Positions 15,001 to 26,080 of a stretch of 64,000 nucleotides of DNA are shown in pieces. The first letter of the stretch is position 1, and each line of letters starts with the position of its first letter. The stretch comes from Lingula anatina (taxonomy: Eukaryota; Animalia; Brachiopoda). The position numbers and the translations under genes are program-made. A model generated the notes under the pieces. The model was not told the DNA's origin, did no database searches, and saw only the letters and a list, made by a program, of their open reading frames with translations. The stretch covers positions 3,410,001 through 3,474,000 of the forward strand of contig JBPQGU010000016.1 of the NCBI GenBank assembly GCA_051362555.1. Reading direction: 5' to 3'.

Positions 15001-18000
15001 AACAGGATTTGGAGAGAGGGGGGGTGGAGAGAGTTTTTGCTCTATTTCTTCCTTAATAATGACACAACCACTCTTCCAGCACTTTATTCTGACTACAAAT
15101 GACCAAACACACCTACCAGACACTATAATGAAGAAAAAAATTTTTCAACCCTACCTGGCCAAAATTGAAGACAACTGCCATATCCGGACCTTACGAAAAT
15201 CACTCAAAATCACCCAAAAATGACCCGTCACCAAATTTTCCAAAAAGTGATGAAAATCAATCTACCACACCTGTCATTCATAAAAAATGTGGAAACGCGC
15301 CCGGATCACTTCATTAAAGCCCCCAATTTCAGCTTTAAAGATGGCCAAAAAGCACACCTGAGAACAGGATTTGGAGAGAGGGGGGGTGGAGAGAGTTTTT
15401 GCTCTATTTCTTCCTTAATAATGACACAACCACTCTTCCAGCACTTTATTCTGACTACAAATGACCAAACACACCTACCAGACACTATAATGAAGAAAAA
15501 AATTTTTCAACCCTACCTGGCCAAAATTGAAGACAACTGCCATATCCGGACCTTACGAAAATCACTCAAAATCACCCAAAAATGACCCGTCACCAAATTT
15601 TCCAAAAAGTGATGAAAATCAATCTACCACACCTGTCATTCATAAAAAATGTGGAAACGCGCCCGGATCACTTCATTAAAGCCCCCAATTTCAGCTTTAA
15701 AGATGGCCAAAAAGCACACCTGAGAACAGGATTTGGAGAGAGGGGGGGTGGAGAGAGTTTTTGCTCTATTTCTTCCTTAATAATGACACAACCACTCTTC
15801 CAGCACTTTATTCTGACTACAAATGACCAAACACACCTACCAGACACTATAATGAAGAAAAAAATTTTTCAACCCTACCTGGCCAAAATTGAAGAAAACT
15901 GCCATATCCGGACCTTACGAAAATCACTCAAAATCACCCAAAAATGACCCGTCACCAAATTTTCCAAAAAGTGATGAAAATCAATCTACCACACCTGTCA
16001 TTCATAAAAAATGTGGAAACGCGCCCGGATCACTTCATTAAAGCCCCCAATTTCAGCTTTAAAGATGGCCAAAAAGCACACCTGAGAACAGGATTTGGAG
16101 AGAGGGGGGGTGGAGAGAGTTTTTGCTCTATTTCTTCCTTAATAATGACACAACCACTCTTCCAGCACTTTATTCTGACTACAAATGACCAAACACACCT
16201 ACCAGACACTATAATGAAGAAAAAAATTTTTCAACCCTACCTGGCCAAAATTGAAGAAAACTGCCATATCCGGACCTTACGAAAATCACTCAAAATCACC
16301 CAAAAATGACCCGTCACCAAATTTTCCAAAAAGTGATGAAAATCAATCTACCACACCTGTCATTCATAAAAAATGTGGAAACGCGCCCGGATCACTTCAT
16401 TAAAGCCCCCAATTTCAGCTTTAAAGATGGCCAAAAAGCACACCTGAGAACAGGATTTGGAGAGAGGGGGGGTGGAGAGAGTTTTTGCTCTATTTCTTCC
16501 TTAATAATGACACAACCACTCTTCCAGCACTTTATTCTGACTACAAATGACCAAACACACCTACCAGACACTATAATGAAGAAAAAAATTTTTCAACCCT
16601 ACCTGGCCAAAATTGAAGAAAACTGCCATATCCGGACCTTACGAAAATCACTCAAAATCACCCAAAAATGACCCGTCACCAAATTTTCCAAAAAGTGATG
16701 AAAATCAATCTACCACACCTGTCATTCATAAAAAATGTGGAAACGCGCCCGGATCACTTCATTAAAGCCCCCAATTTCAGCTTTAAAGATGGCCAAAAAG
16801 CACACCTGAGAACAGGATTTGGAGAGAGGGGGGGTGGAGAGAGTTTTTGCTCTATTTCTTCCTTAATAATGACACAACCACTCTTCCAGCACTTTATTCT
16901 GACTACAAATGACCAAACACACCTACCAGACACTATAATGAAGAAAAAAATTTTTCAACCCTACCTGGCCAAAATTGAAGAAAACTGCCATATCCGGACC
17001 TTACGAAAATCACTCAAAATCACCCAAAAATGACCCGTCATCAAATTTTCCAAAAAGTGATGAAAATCAATCTACCACACCTGTCATTCATAAAAAATGT
17101 GGAAACGCGCCCGGATCACTTCATTAAAGCCCCCAATTTCAGCTTTAAAGATGGCCAAAAAGCACACCTGAGAAAGGATTTGGAGAGAGGGGGGGTGGAG
17201 AGAGTTTTTGCTCTATTTCTTCCTTAATAATGACACAACCACTCTTCCAGCACTTTATTCTGACTACAAATGACCAAACACACCTACCAGACACTATAAT
17301 GAAGAAAAAAATTTTTCAACCCTACCTGGCCAAAATTGAAGAAAACTGCCATATCCGGACCTTACGAAAATCACTCAAAATCACCCAAAAATGACCCGTC
17401 ACCAAATTTTCCAAAAAGTGATGAAAATCAATCTACCACACCTGTCATTCATAAAAAATGTGGAAACGCGCCCGGATCACTTCATTAAAGCCCCCAATTT
17501 CAGCTTTAAAGATGGCCAAAAAGCACACCTGAGAACAGGATTTGGAGAGAGGGGGGGTGGAGAGAGTTTTTGCTCTATTTCTTCCTTAATAATGACACAA
17601 CCACTCTTCCAGCACTTTATTCTGACTACAAATGACCAAACACACCTACCAGACACTATAATGAAGAAAAAAATTTTTCAACCCTACCTGGCCAAAATTG
17701 AAGAAAACTGCCATATCCGGACCTTACGAAAATCACTCAAAATCACCCAAAAATGACCCGTCACCAAATTTTCCAAAAAGTGATGAAAATCAATCTACCA
17801 CACCTGTCATTCATAAAAAATGTGGAAACGCGCCCGGATCACTTCATTAAAGCCCCCAATTTCAGCTTTAAAGATGGCCAAAAAGCACACCTGAGAACAG
17901 GATTTGGAGAGAGGGGGGGTGGAGAGAGTTTTTGCTCTATTTCTTCCTTAATAATGACACAACCACTCTTCCAGCACTTTATTCTGACTACAAATGACCA

Positions 18001-20528
18001 AACACACCTACCAGACACTATAATGAAGAAAAAAATTTTTCAACCCTACCTGGCCAAAATTGAAGAAAACTGCCATATCCGGACCTTACGAAAATCACTC
18101 AAAATCACCCAAAAATGACCCGTCACCAAATTTTCCAAAAAGTGATGAAAATCAATCTACCACACCTGTCATTCATAAAAAATGTGGAAACGCGCCCGGA
18201 TCACTTCATTAAAGCCCCCAATTTCAGCTTTAAAGATGGCCAAAAAGCACACCTGAGAACAGGATTTGGAGAGAGGGGGGGTGGAGAGAGTTTTTGCTCT
18301 ATTTCTTCCTTAATAATGACACAACCACTCTTCCAGCACTTTATTCTGACTACAAATGACCAAACACACCTACCAGACACTATAATGAAGAAAAAAATTT
18401 TTCAACCCTACCTGGCCAAAATTGAAGAAAACTGCCATATCCGGACCTTACGAAAATCACTCAAAATCACCCAAAAATGACCCGTCACCAAATTTTCCAA
18501 AAAGTGATGAAAATCAATCTACCACACCTGTCATTCATAAAAAATGTGGAAACGCGCCCGGATCACTTCATTAAAGCCCCCAATTTCAGCTTTAAAGATG
18601 GCCAAAAAGCACACCTGAGAACAGGATTTGGAGAGAGGGGGGGTGGAGAGAGTTTTTGCTCTATTTCTTCCTTAATAATGACACAACCACTCTTCCAGCA
18701 CTTTATTCTGACTACAAATGACCAAACACACCTACCAGACACTATAATGAAGAAAAAAATTTTTCAACCCTACCTGGCCAAAATTGAAGAAAACTGCCAT
18801 ATCCGGACCTTACGAAAATCACTCAAAATCACCCAAAAATGACCCGTCACCAAATTTTCCAAAAAGTGATGAAAATCAATCTACCACACCTGTCATTCAT
18901 AAAAAATGTGGAAACGCGCCCGGATCACTTCATTAAAGCCCCCAATTTCAGCTTTAAAGATGGCCAAAAAGCACACCTGAGAACAGGATTTGGAGAGAGG
19001 GGGGGTGGAGAGAGTTTTTGCTCTATTTCTTCCTTAATAATGACACAACCACTCTTCCAGCACTTTATTCTGACTACAAATGACCAAACACACCTACCAG
19101 ACACTATAATGAAGAAAAAAATTTTTCAACCCTACCTGGCCAAAATTGAAGAAAACTGCCATATCCGGACCTTACGAAAATCACTCAAAATCACCCAAAA
19201 ATGACCCGTCATCAAATTTTCCAAAAAGTGATGAAAATCAATCTACCACACCTGTCATTCATAAAAAATGTGGAAACGCGCCCGGATCACTTCATTAAAG
19301 CCCCCAATTTCAGCTTTAAAGATGGCCAAAAAGCACACCTGAGAAAGGATTTGGAGAGAGGGGGGGTGGAGAGAGTTTTTGCTCTATTTCTTCCTTAATA
19401 ATGACACAACCACTCTTCCAGCACTTTATTCTGACTACAAATGACCAAACACACCTACCAGACACTATAATGAAGAAAAAAATTTTTCAACCCTACCTGG
19501 CCAAAATTGAAGAAAACTGCCATATCCGGACCTTACGAAAATCACTCAAAATCACCCAAAAATGACCCGTCACCAAATTTTCCAAAAAGTGATGAAAATC
19601 AATCTACCACACCTGTCATTCATAAAAAATGTGGAAACGCGCCCGGATCACTTCATTAAAGCCCCCAATTTCAGCTTTAAAGATGGCCAAAAAGCACACC
19701 TGAGAACAGGATTTGGAGAGAGGGGGGGTGGAGAGAGTTTTTGCTCTATTTCTTCCTTAATAATGACACAACCACTCTTCCAGCACTTTATTCTGACTAC
19801 AAATGACCAAACACACCTACCAGACACTATAATGAAGAAAAAAATTTTTCAACCCTACCTGGCCAAAATTGAAGAAAACTGCCATATCCGGACCTTACGA
19901 AAATCACTCAAAATCACCCAAAAATGACCCGTCACCAAATTTTCCAAAAAGTGATGAAAATCAATCTACCACACCTGTCATTCATAAAAAATGTGGAAAC
20001 GCGCCCGGATCACTTCATTAAAGCCCCCAATTTCAGCTTTAAAGATGGCCAAAAAGCACACCTGAGAACAGGATTTGGAGAGAGGGGGGGTGGAGAGAGT
20101 TTTTGCTCTATTTCTTCCTTAATAATGACACAACCACTCTTCCAGCACTTTATTCTGACTACAAATGACCAAACACACCTACCAGACACTATAATGAAGA
20201 AAAAAATTTTTCAACCCTACCTGGCCAAAATTGAAGAAAACTGCCATATCCGGACCTTACGAAAATCACTCAAAATCACCCAAAAATGACCCGTCACCAA
20301 ATTTTCCAAAAAGTGATGAAAATCAATCTACCACACCTGTCATTCATAAAAAATGTGGAAACGCGCCCGGATCACTTCATTAAAGCCCCCAATTTCAGCT
20401 TTAAAGATGGCCAAAAAGCACACCTGAGAACAGGATTTGGAGAGAGGGGGGGTGGAGAGAGTTTTTGCTCTATTTCTTCCTTAATAATGACACAACCACT
20501 CTTCCAGCACTTTATTCTGACTACAAAA
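1..20528 (+). repeat. Satellite array, subfamily A, 362-bp monomer (~57 copies; runs off the left edge)
   Basis: Near-identical sequence recurs every 362 bp (ATGACCCGTC at 190, 552, 914...). Variants are sparse SNPs, G7-G9 tract lengths and one 180-bp partial unit at 4898-5077. Confidence 0.99.
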
Positions 20529-20641
20529 TGTAGTGTATTAGCCTATGTATCGTTTACGCGTCACGCCAGGTGTCGCATGACACCTGGTACCATGTGACTT
20601 GACGCGGGAATCTTGAATGTAATAAAGCAGAACTCACAACA
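20529..20641 (+). repeat. 5' LTR (113 bp)
   Basis: TGTAGTG...CACAACA terminal inverted repeat (6/7 match); AATAAA at 20621-20626; 112/113 identical to 26816-26928. Confidence 0.97.
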
Positions 20642-20642
20642 A

Positions 20643-20657
20643 TGGCGACAAGGATGG
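20643..20657 (+). promoter_or_regulatory. Primer binding site, tRNA-Ser(GCU)-like
   Basis: TGGCGACAAGGATGG lies 1 nt after the 5' LTR. It matches 14/15 to the complement of the metazoan tRNA-Ser(GCU) 3' end (TGGCGACGAGGATGG, recalled, not searched). Confidence 0.8.
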
Positions 20658-20702
20658 TCACATTTTATTACGTTGAATGATAATTTTACGATTTTAAACA
20701 AA

Positions 20703-22196
20703 ATGGAGCCTCTATGCTCAAATAAAATTGACAATAGTGGTGAGGAAACACGGATTACACGAATGGAAAACGAAATTAGACACTTAAACTCAAAATTTGA
20801 AGGACTATGTGAAAATGTTTATAAAATGACAGAAGGATTGCAGAAATTTCAAACAGAATTTATCTCATATATGCGACGTGACAATCCATCCTTATTGGAA
20901 AATTCAGCTTCACCCTTGACTCATGCTCAGCAAGGACACATTGAGATAAATGATCCTCATGATGGCCATGCTCCTCCCGGCTCTGATACTTCAACGGAGT
21001 CTTCAACTCATGGTTTAGCTGAGCGAATAAGTTCAAATGCTGATTTTGTACCAGTCCCGGGGCAGCCAGTTGTCAGTGACCCAACCGTGCCAGTGTACCG
21101 TTATGGACGTCAGAATTCTGATCCGAGAGGGCCACATCGACAATTCCGTGAGGATGTACCCACATTCACTCCCACGCAAAGATCGCAGCCAGTGGACACT
21201 CCCCTGTATACTGACGAAAACCGACAACCACCTCCAACAGGTAGGTCATTTCCCATATACAATGAGTCACACATTACCTGCCCCCAGCCGCCCACCCGTT
21301 TTCAATCATATGATGGAAGTACTAACTTCTATTCATATTACGTAAAATTATGTTGCGTTGCTGAGAGCAAGGGATGGGGAGTCAAAGAAATCTACGAAAT
21401 TGTGATCAATTCACTAGAAGGTAAAGCCCTTGACGAGTTTGTAAAACTACCACCTAACGAAAGGATGCACCTGTACAGTGTTGTAGATACCCTCATGAAA
21501 TGTTTCGGAAAAACCGAAAATTCATCCTTGGCGCGAACAGAACTGGCCGCTATAAAACAAAAAGAAAACGAAAGCTATGAGGAATTTGGCTCACGTGTGA
21601 GAATTTTAGCGTTGTCTGCCTACCGTGGTACTGGCCTATTTAATCAAATGGCCACTGAATCGTTTTTACGTGGGTGTTCAGACAAAGATTTAGTGGAAAA
21701 AGTGATGTGCATGAGACCTAGAACATTAGAAGAGGCGGTCGAAAATGCCCGTACGTGTGGCGCAAATATGCAAATTCTGGGGCTACGCAATGAAAATTGT
21801 AGTAAACAACTGCGCAAAGTTACTTTTAAGGAACCCCAGTCTCCATGTACAGATCATATTGAGCGTCAAAATCCACCTAATGTGAGTCGCGTTCAATTTT
21901 CACCTCGTAGCTTGAGTCCTAATCGGAGAAAATCATTTCAGTCAAATGATGCAGAGCAGAGGTTGCAAAAAATTGAATCCTCGTTGTTAGAATTGATTCA
22001 GTTATTCCGTCAGTCCGTGAACCAAACACAAAAGGGCAATGACACTCAGTTCAGTACACCCCCCAGGGGCATCACAAGGTGCTATAATTGCCATGAAATG
22101 GGTCACATAAGCACCAATTGTCCCCAGAAAAACAGTGATTCGTTAAACCGCAACAGGTCGCCTGTGCGGTCCAACAATCGACCTCAGCTGCAGTAG
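20703..22196 (+). CDS. gag: Gag (capsid-like region plus one CCHC zinc knuckle)
   Basis: First in-frame ATG is at 20703 (the track's 20613 start is a TTG inside the LTR). CYNCHEMGHISTNC = CX2CX4HX4C; the LAAIKQKENESYEEFGSRV segment resembles a major homology region. Confidence 0.93.
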   Translation: MEPLCSNKIDNSGEETRITRMENEIRHLNSKFEGLCENVYKMTEGLQKFQTEFISYMRRDNPSLLENSASPLTHAQQGHIEINDPHDGHAPPGSDTSTESSTHGLAERISSNADFVPVPGQPVVSDPTVPVYRYGRQNSDPRGPHRQFREDVPTFTPTQRSQPVDTPLYTDENRQPPPTGRSFPIYNESHITCPQPPTRFQSYDGSTNFYSYYVKLCCVAESKGWGVKEIYEIVINSLEGKALDEFVKLPPNERMHLYSVVDTLMKCFGKTENSSLARTELAAIKQKENESYEEFGSRVRILALSAYRGTGLFNQMATESFLRGCSDKDLVEKVMCMRPRTLEEAVENARTCGANMQILGLRNENCSKQLRKVTFKEPQSPCTDHIERQNPPNVSRVQFSPRSLSPNRRKSFQSNDAEQRLQKIESSLLELIQLFRQSVNQTQKGNDTQFSTPPRGITRCYNCHEMGHISTNCPQKNSDSLNRNRSPVRSNNRPQLQ

Positions 22197-25100
22197 GACC
22201 AAATCTGATCCCACACACTGTTTATTGTAATGGCATGGCCAAAGGTGAAAGTTTAGTGGTCCCCATACATGTCAATGGAATCAAAACTAACGCTGTTATC
22301 GACACAGCAGCGCAAGTGACCATAGTTAGTGACAAGTTGTTATCAGAAATTACTGGAGAAATTACTTACGGCGGGTACCATGACATAAAAGGTATACTGC
22401 AGATTAACTTACGAGCAAGAGAAATAAAAGGCCTAAAATTAGCAATTGGTTCAGAAGTGTATGAATGGACAGTACTTGCTGCTCCTATCCCAGACAATGT
22501 TTTATTGGGTTTAGATTTCTTAAAAATGTTTCAGTGTAACATCTGTCTGGAAAACAATTTCATATCGTTGGCCAGACCAGATCCTTCAAATAGAAGACGA
22601 AACAAAGTTCATGCCTCTATAAGAAAAGGTAGTGACAATTATTTAGTGGCGAATCGTGTCATTTTATCAAAGAAAGTTGCCGTTCCACCGCATTCTGAGA
22701 AGTTTGTTCAAGTCCCCTTTGTTGCGGAAAGGAACAAAACATTTTTACTCAACGCCCCTAAATATGATCAGAAGGGTCTTTCGGTGCCTTATGGGTTGAT
22801 AAGCACCGATTATACGGATGATTGCCTCAGTTGTTCACTCACTCTAAGGAATGAGACTGATAAGTCAATTACCTTAAAAGCAGGTCATGTGATGGGTGAT
22901 TTGGAAGAGATTGAGCGTGTACTGGGATATCCTGAGAGTTTTGATAGTTCAAATGTGCACCAGACTTTCTCGGTGTTGAAAGTTGATGTGAACTCTAACG
23001 ATGTGAAGAATAATATTCCTGAACACGTGATTGATTTGTGGAAACGATCTAGTGAGGATTTGTCTGATGAGCAGTCTCTCAAATTAGGCAATCTTTTGAC
23101 AAAATACGCCGATGTTTTTTCCAAATCTGAATTTGATATCGGCCATTTTACCAAAATTAAACATAGAATTGATACAAACGAAGCAAAGCCTATTAAACAA
23201 AGACTGAGACGCACACCTCTGGGTTTTGAACAAGAGGAAAAAGCTACATTAGATAAATTGTTAGCCGCTGATATTGTGCAACCCTCTTGTTCTGAATGGA
23301 CTTCCCCTCCTGTTTTAGTGAGAAAGAAAGACGGCACTTTGAGATATTGCATAGATTTTCGTGCTTTAAATAAAGTGACCGTCAAGGATGTGTATCCACT
23401 ACCACAGATAGACGAATGCTTAGATGTTTTAGCGGGCACTCGATATTTCAGCACTCTTGATATGAACTGTGCTTATTATCAGGTTGAAGTTGAGGAAAGC
23501 TCCCGGCCTAAAACCGCTTTTATGACCAAGTACGGTTTGTTTGAGTTTAAACGACTACCGTTTGGTTTGACTAACAGCCCTGCTACTTTCATGCGAGCAG
23601 TCAATTCCGTTCTGCATGGTTTGACGTGGAGACAAGTACTCGCTTACTTGGATGATGTTGTTGTGCTTGGGAACAATTTTGATGATTCTATAGCCAATAT
23701 TGCACTGGTGTTGGATAGATTCAAAGAAAATGGATTGAAATTAAAACCATCCAAGTGTTCATTACTCAAAAGGAGTGTTCTCTATTTGGGTAAATTGGTA
23801 GATGAGAATGGCATTGCTCCAAATCCTGACAGTATAAAAGCAGTTCAACGTTGGCCACGTCCAAAATGTAAGAAAGACGTGGAAAGATTTCTTGGTCTAG
23901 TTAATTACCATAGAAGTCACATAAAATGTTTTGCTGCTATGTCTGGTGTACTGTATGATTTGACCAAAAACAAAAGTGTTTTTAATTGGACTAATGAACA
24001 CGAAGTTGCATTCAATGACTTGAAACAGGCTTTGGTCCATAGTCCCGTGCTGAGCTTTCCAGACAGTGATGGTTTATTTATTTTAGACACGGACGCCAGT
24101 GATACTTGTATTGGAGCTGAGCTCATACAGGTGCAAAATGACGCTGAAAAGGTCATTAGTTATGGCAGTTTTGCTCTCACTCCTAGTCAACGTCGTTATT
24201 GCACGACTAAAAAGGAGCTTTTAGCAGTAGTCCGATTTACTCGGCAGTACAGGCACTATCTACTTGGTAGAAAGTTTGTAATACGGACAGATCATTGCAG
24301 TTTGACTTGGATCATGAGTTTTAAATTGCTCAATGGTGTTTTAGCAAGGTGGATGGAGGAATTGGCCCAGTATGATTTCGAAATTCAGCACCGATCGGGT
24401 AAAAACCACAGTAATGCTGATTCGTTGTCACGCATTCCTCTTCAGCACCAAGACTGTAATTACTATGAAGCTGGTTGTGATGTGACAGAGTTACCTTGTG
24501 GAGGCTGTCATCACTGTACCAGGCTTCATGAAGAGTGGGACAGATTTAACAAAGATGTCGATTACATAGGGCCCCTGTCTCTAAGAAGCGTGAAAACTGT
24601 TACACCTGTCGTAGACCCACCCAAGGAAAATACTGGGAATGTTGAATTGTTTGCAAAGTATACAGCAAGTCAACTCAGAGAAGCGCAATTAAAAGATCCT
24701 CACTTATTAAAGGTGATAGGTTGGATTGAGGAAAATGTAAGTCCTTCTCAAGAGGAGTTGCAACTATGCTCGACAGCTGTGAAATTTTTATGGACAAACT
24801 TCAATTTGCTGTCCATGAAAAATGGTGTTTTATATTACAGCAGGTTTGATAAAGGCTCTTTTAACCCTCTTTTGGTATTACCCAAAGAATTTCAACAGGA
24901 AGCCTTATCATTGTGTCATGACCCTGTTATTTCAGGTCATCAGGGGATTGCTCGGACTCTTTCTAAGTTGAGACAAAGTGTTTTTTGGTATGGAATGACT
25001 ACCGACTGCAAACTGTATGTCAGTTCGTGTGTTGCTTGTGAAAAAAATAAAAAGGCAAACAGGAAATTCAGAGCTGAATTGCAAAATTTCCATGCCGGTG

Positions 25101-26080
25101 CACCTTTAGAGAGAGTTCACATAGATATTTTAGGACCACTTACTCCCAGTAAATCAGGGAATAAGTACATTTTAGTTGTCGTGTGTCAGTTCACTAAATG
25201 GGTGGAAGCGTATCCATTACCGGACCAAACTGCAGATACGGTTAGCAAAACATTGGTAAACAATTTCATTGCTAGGTTTGGTTGTCCAACTATCATACAT
25301 TCCGACATGGGTGCCAATTTTACAAGTGAATTGTTTAGTAATGTTTGCAGTTTACTGTCCATTAATAAAACTCAAACCAGTCCGTACAGGCCGAGTTCGA
25401 ATGGCGCCGTCGAGCGTCAGAATAGGACTATCATGCAGTGCATACGGTGTTATTTGGAAGGACAGGACAGTAATTGGGATGAACATTTATCTTTAATTAC
25501 AAGAGCAATCAGGGCGGTCCCTAACAGACAAACAGGTCTGACCCCAAACATGTTGATGTTTGGAAGGGAAACTAGACAGCCCATTGATTTTACGTTTGGT
25601 TTAAAATCTATTAAAGGGGATGTTGAACCAAATAGCTATGTCATGCAATTAAAAGAAAAGCTAGAGAGCGTTCACGAGTTGGCCAGAAAATGTCTCGGCG
25701 AAAATTTAAAGACACAAAAAGCGTACTATGACGCAAATGCCAGACAGACACAATATTGTAAAGGTGACCTAGTGTATAGATATAATAACATGTCAAAACC
25801 CGGTCGTTCAAAGAAATTACAGCCTGTATGGCTCGGTCCCTTCAAAATTATTGAGGTGCTTTCTCCAATTTTGTATAAGATAAAAACAAAAAGAAAAGTT
25901 GTGGTGGTGCATCATGATCACTTAAAACCCTGTAAGGGAAGGGGGGCCCTAAAACCCTCCAAAGCTAAATGTGTGACTCCTAATGTGGGTGATGACCAAC
26001 CACAAGGTGATAGAACTGTCAAAGATGCTGTTGTTACGAGAAGTGGCAGAACAGTTATACCTCCAATACATTATTGTTGA
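22139..26080 (+). CDS. pol: Pol: aspartic protease, reverse transcriptase, RNase H, integrase; -1 frame relative to gag
   Basis: Motifs AVIDTAA (PR), LPFGL and YLDD (RT), TDASD/ELLAVV/RTDH (RH), H-H...CxxC, HIDI, HSDMG, VER and WLGPF (IN). Frame is open from 22139 (after TGA at 22136-22138), overlapping the gag end; first ATG at 22235. Confidence 0.97.
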   Translation, partial: FVKPQQVACAVQQSTSAAVGPNLIPHTVYCNGMAKGESLVVPIHVNGIKTNAVIDTAAQVTIVSDKLLSEITGEITYGGYHDIKGILQINLRAREIKGLKLAIGSEVYEWTVLAAPIPDNVLLGLDFLKMFQCNICLENNFISLARPDPSNRRRNKVHASIRKGSDNYLVANRVILSKKVAVPPHSEKFVQVPFVAERNKTFLLNAPKYDQKGLSVPYGLISTDYTDDCLSCSLTLRNETDKSITLKAGHVMGDLEEIERVLGYPESFDSSNVHQTFSVLKVDVNSNDVKNNIPEHVIDLWKRSSEDLSDEQSLKLGNLLTKYADVFSKSEFDIGHFTKIKHRIDTNEAKPIKQRLRRTPLGFEQEEKATLDKLLAADIVQPSCSEWTSPPVLVRKKDGTLRYCIDFRALNKVTVKDVYPLPQIDECLDVLAGTRYFSTLDMNCAYYQVEVEESSRPKTAFMTKYGLFEFKRLPFGLTNSPATFMRAVNSVLHGLTWRQVLAYLDDVVVLGNNFDDSIANIALVLDRFKENGLKLKPSKCSLLKRSVLYLGKLVDENGIAPNPDSIKAVQRWPRPKCKKDVERFLGLVNYHRSHIKCFAAMSGVLYDLTKNKSVFNWTNEHEVAFNDLKQALVHSPVLSFPDSDGLFILDTDASDTCIGAELIQVQNDAEKVISYGSFALTPSQRRYCTTKKELLAVVRFTRQYRHYLLGRKFVIRTDHCSLTWIMSFKLLNGVLARWMEELAQYDFEIQHRSGKNHSNADSLSRIPLQHQDCNYYEAGCDVTELPCGGCHHCTRLHEEWDRFNKDVDYIGPLSLRSVKTVTPVVDPPKENTGNVELFAKYTASQLREAQLKDPHLLKVIGWIEENVSPSQEELQLCSTAVKFLWTNFNLLSMKNGVLYYSRFDKGSFNPLLVLPKEFQQEALSLCHDPVISGHQGIARTLSKLRQSVFWYGMTTDCKLYVSSCVACEKNKKANRKFRAELQNFHAGAPLERVHIDILGPLTPSKSGNKYILVVVCQFTKWVEAYPLPDQTADTVSKTLVNNFIARFGCPTIIHSDMGANFTSELFSNVCSLLSINKTQTSPYRPSSNGAVERQNRTIMQCIRCYLEGQDSNWDEHLSLITRAIRAVPNRQTGLTPNMLMFGRETRQPIDFTFGLKSIKGDVEPNSYVMQLKEKLESVHELARKCLGENLKTQKAYYDANARQTQYCKGDLVYRYNNMSKPGRSKKLQPVWLGPFKIIEVLSPILYKIKTKRKVVVVHHDHLKPCKGRGALKPSKAKCVTPNVGDDQPQGDRTVKDAVVTRSGRTVIPPIHYC
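22142..22200 (+). promoter_or_regulatory. Predicted -1 ribosomal frameshift signal
   Basis: G_TTA_AAC heptamer in gag phase, 6-nt spacer, stem AGGTCG/CGACCT, and loop GGTCC complementary to downstream GGACC. Confidence 0.75.

Noticed and set aside
21033-25496. Antisense and alternate-frame ORFs within gag-pol (e.g. 22885-23454 on the minus strand)
   Set aside because: Shadow ORFs of a long coding region with no motifs.
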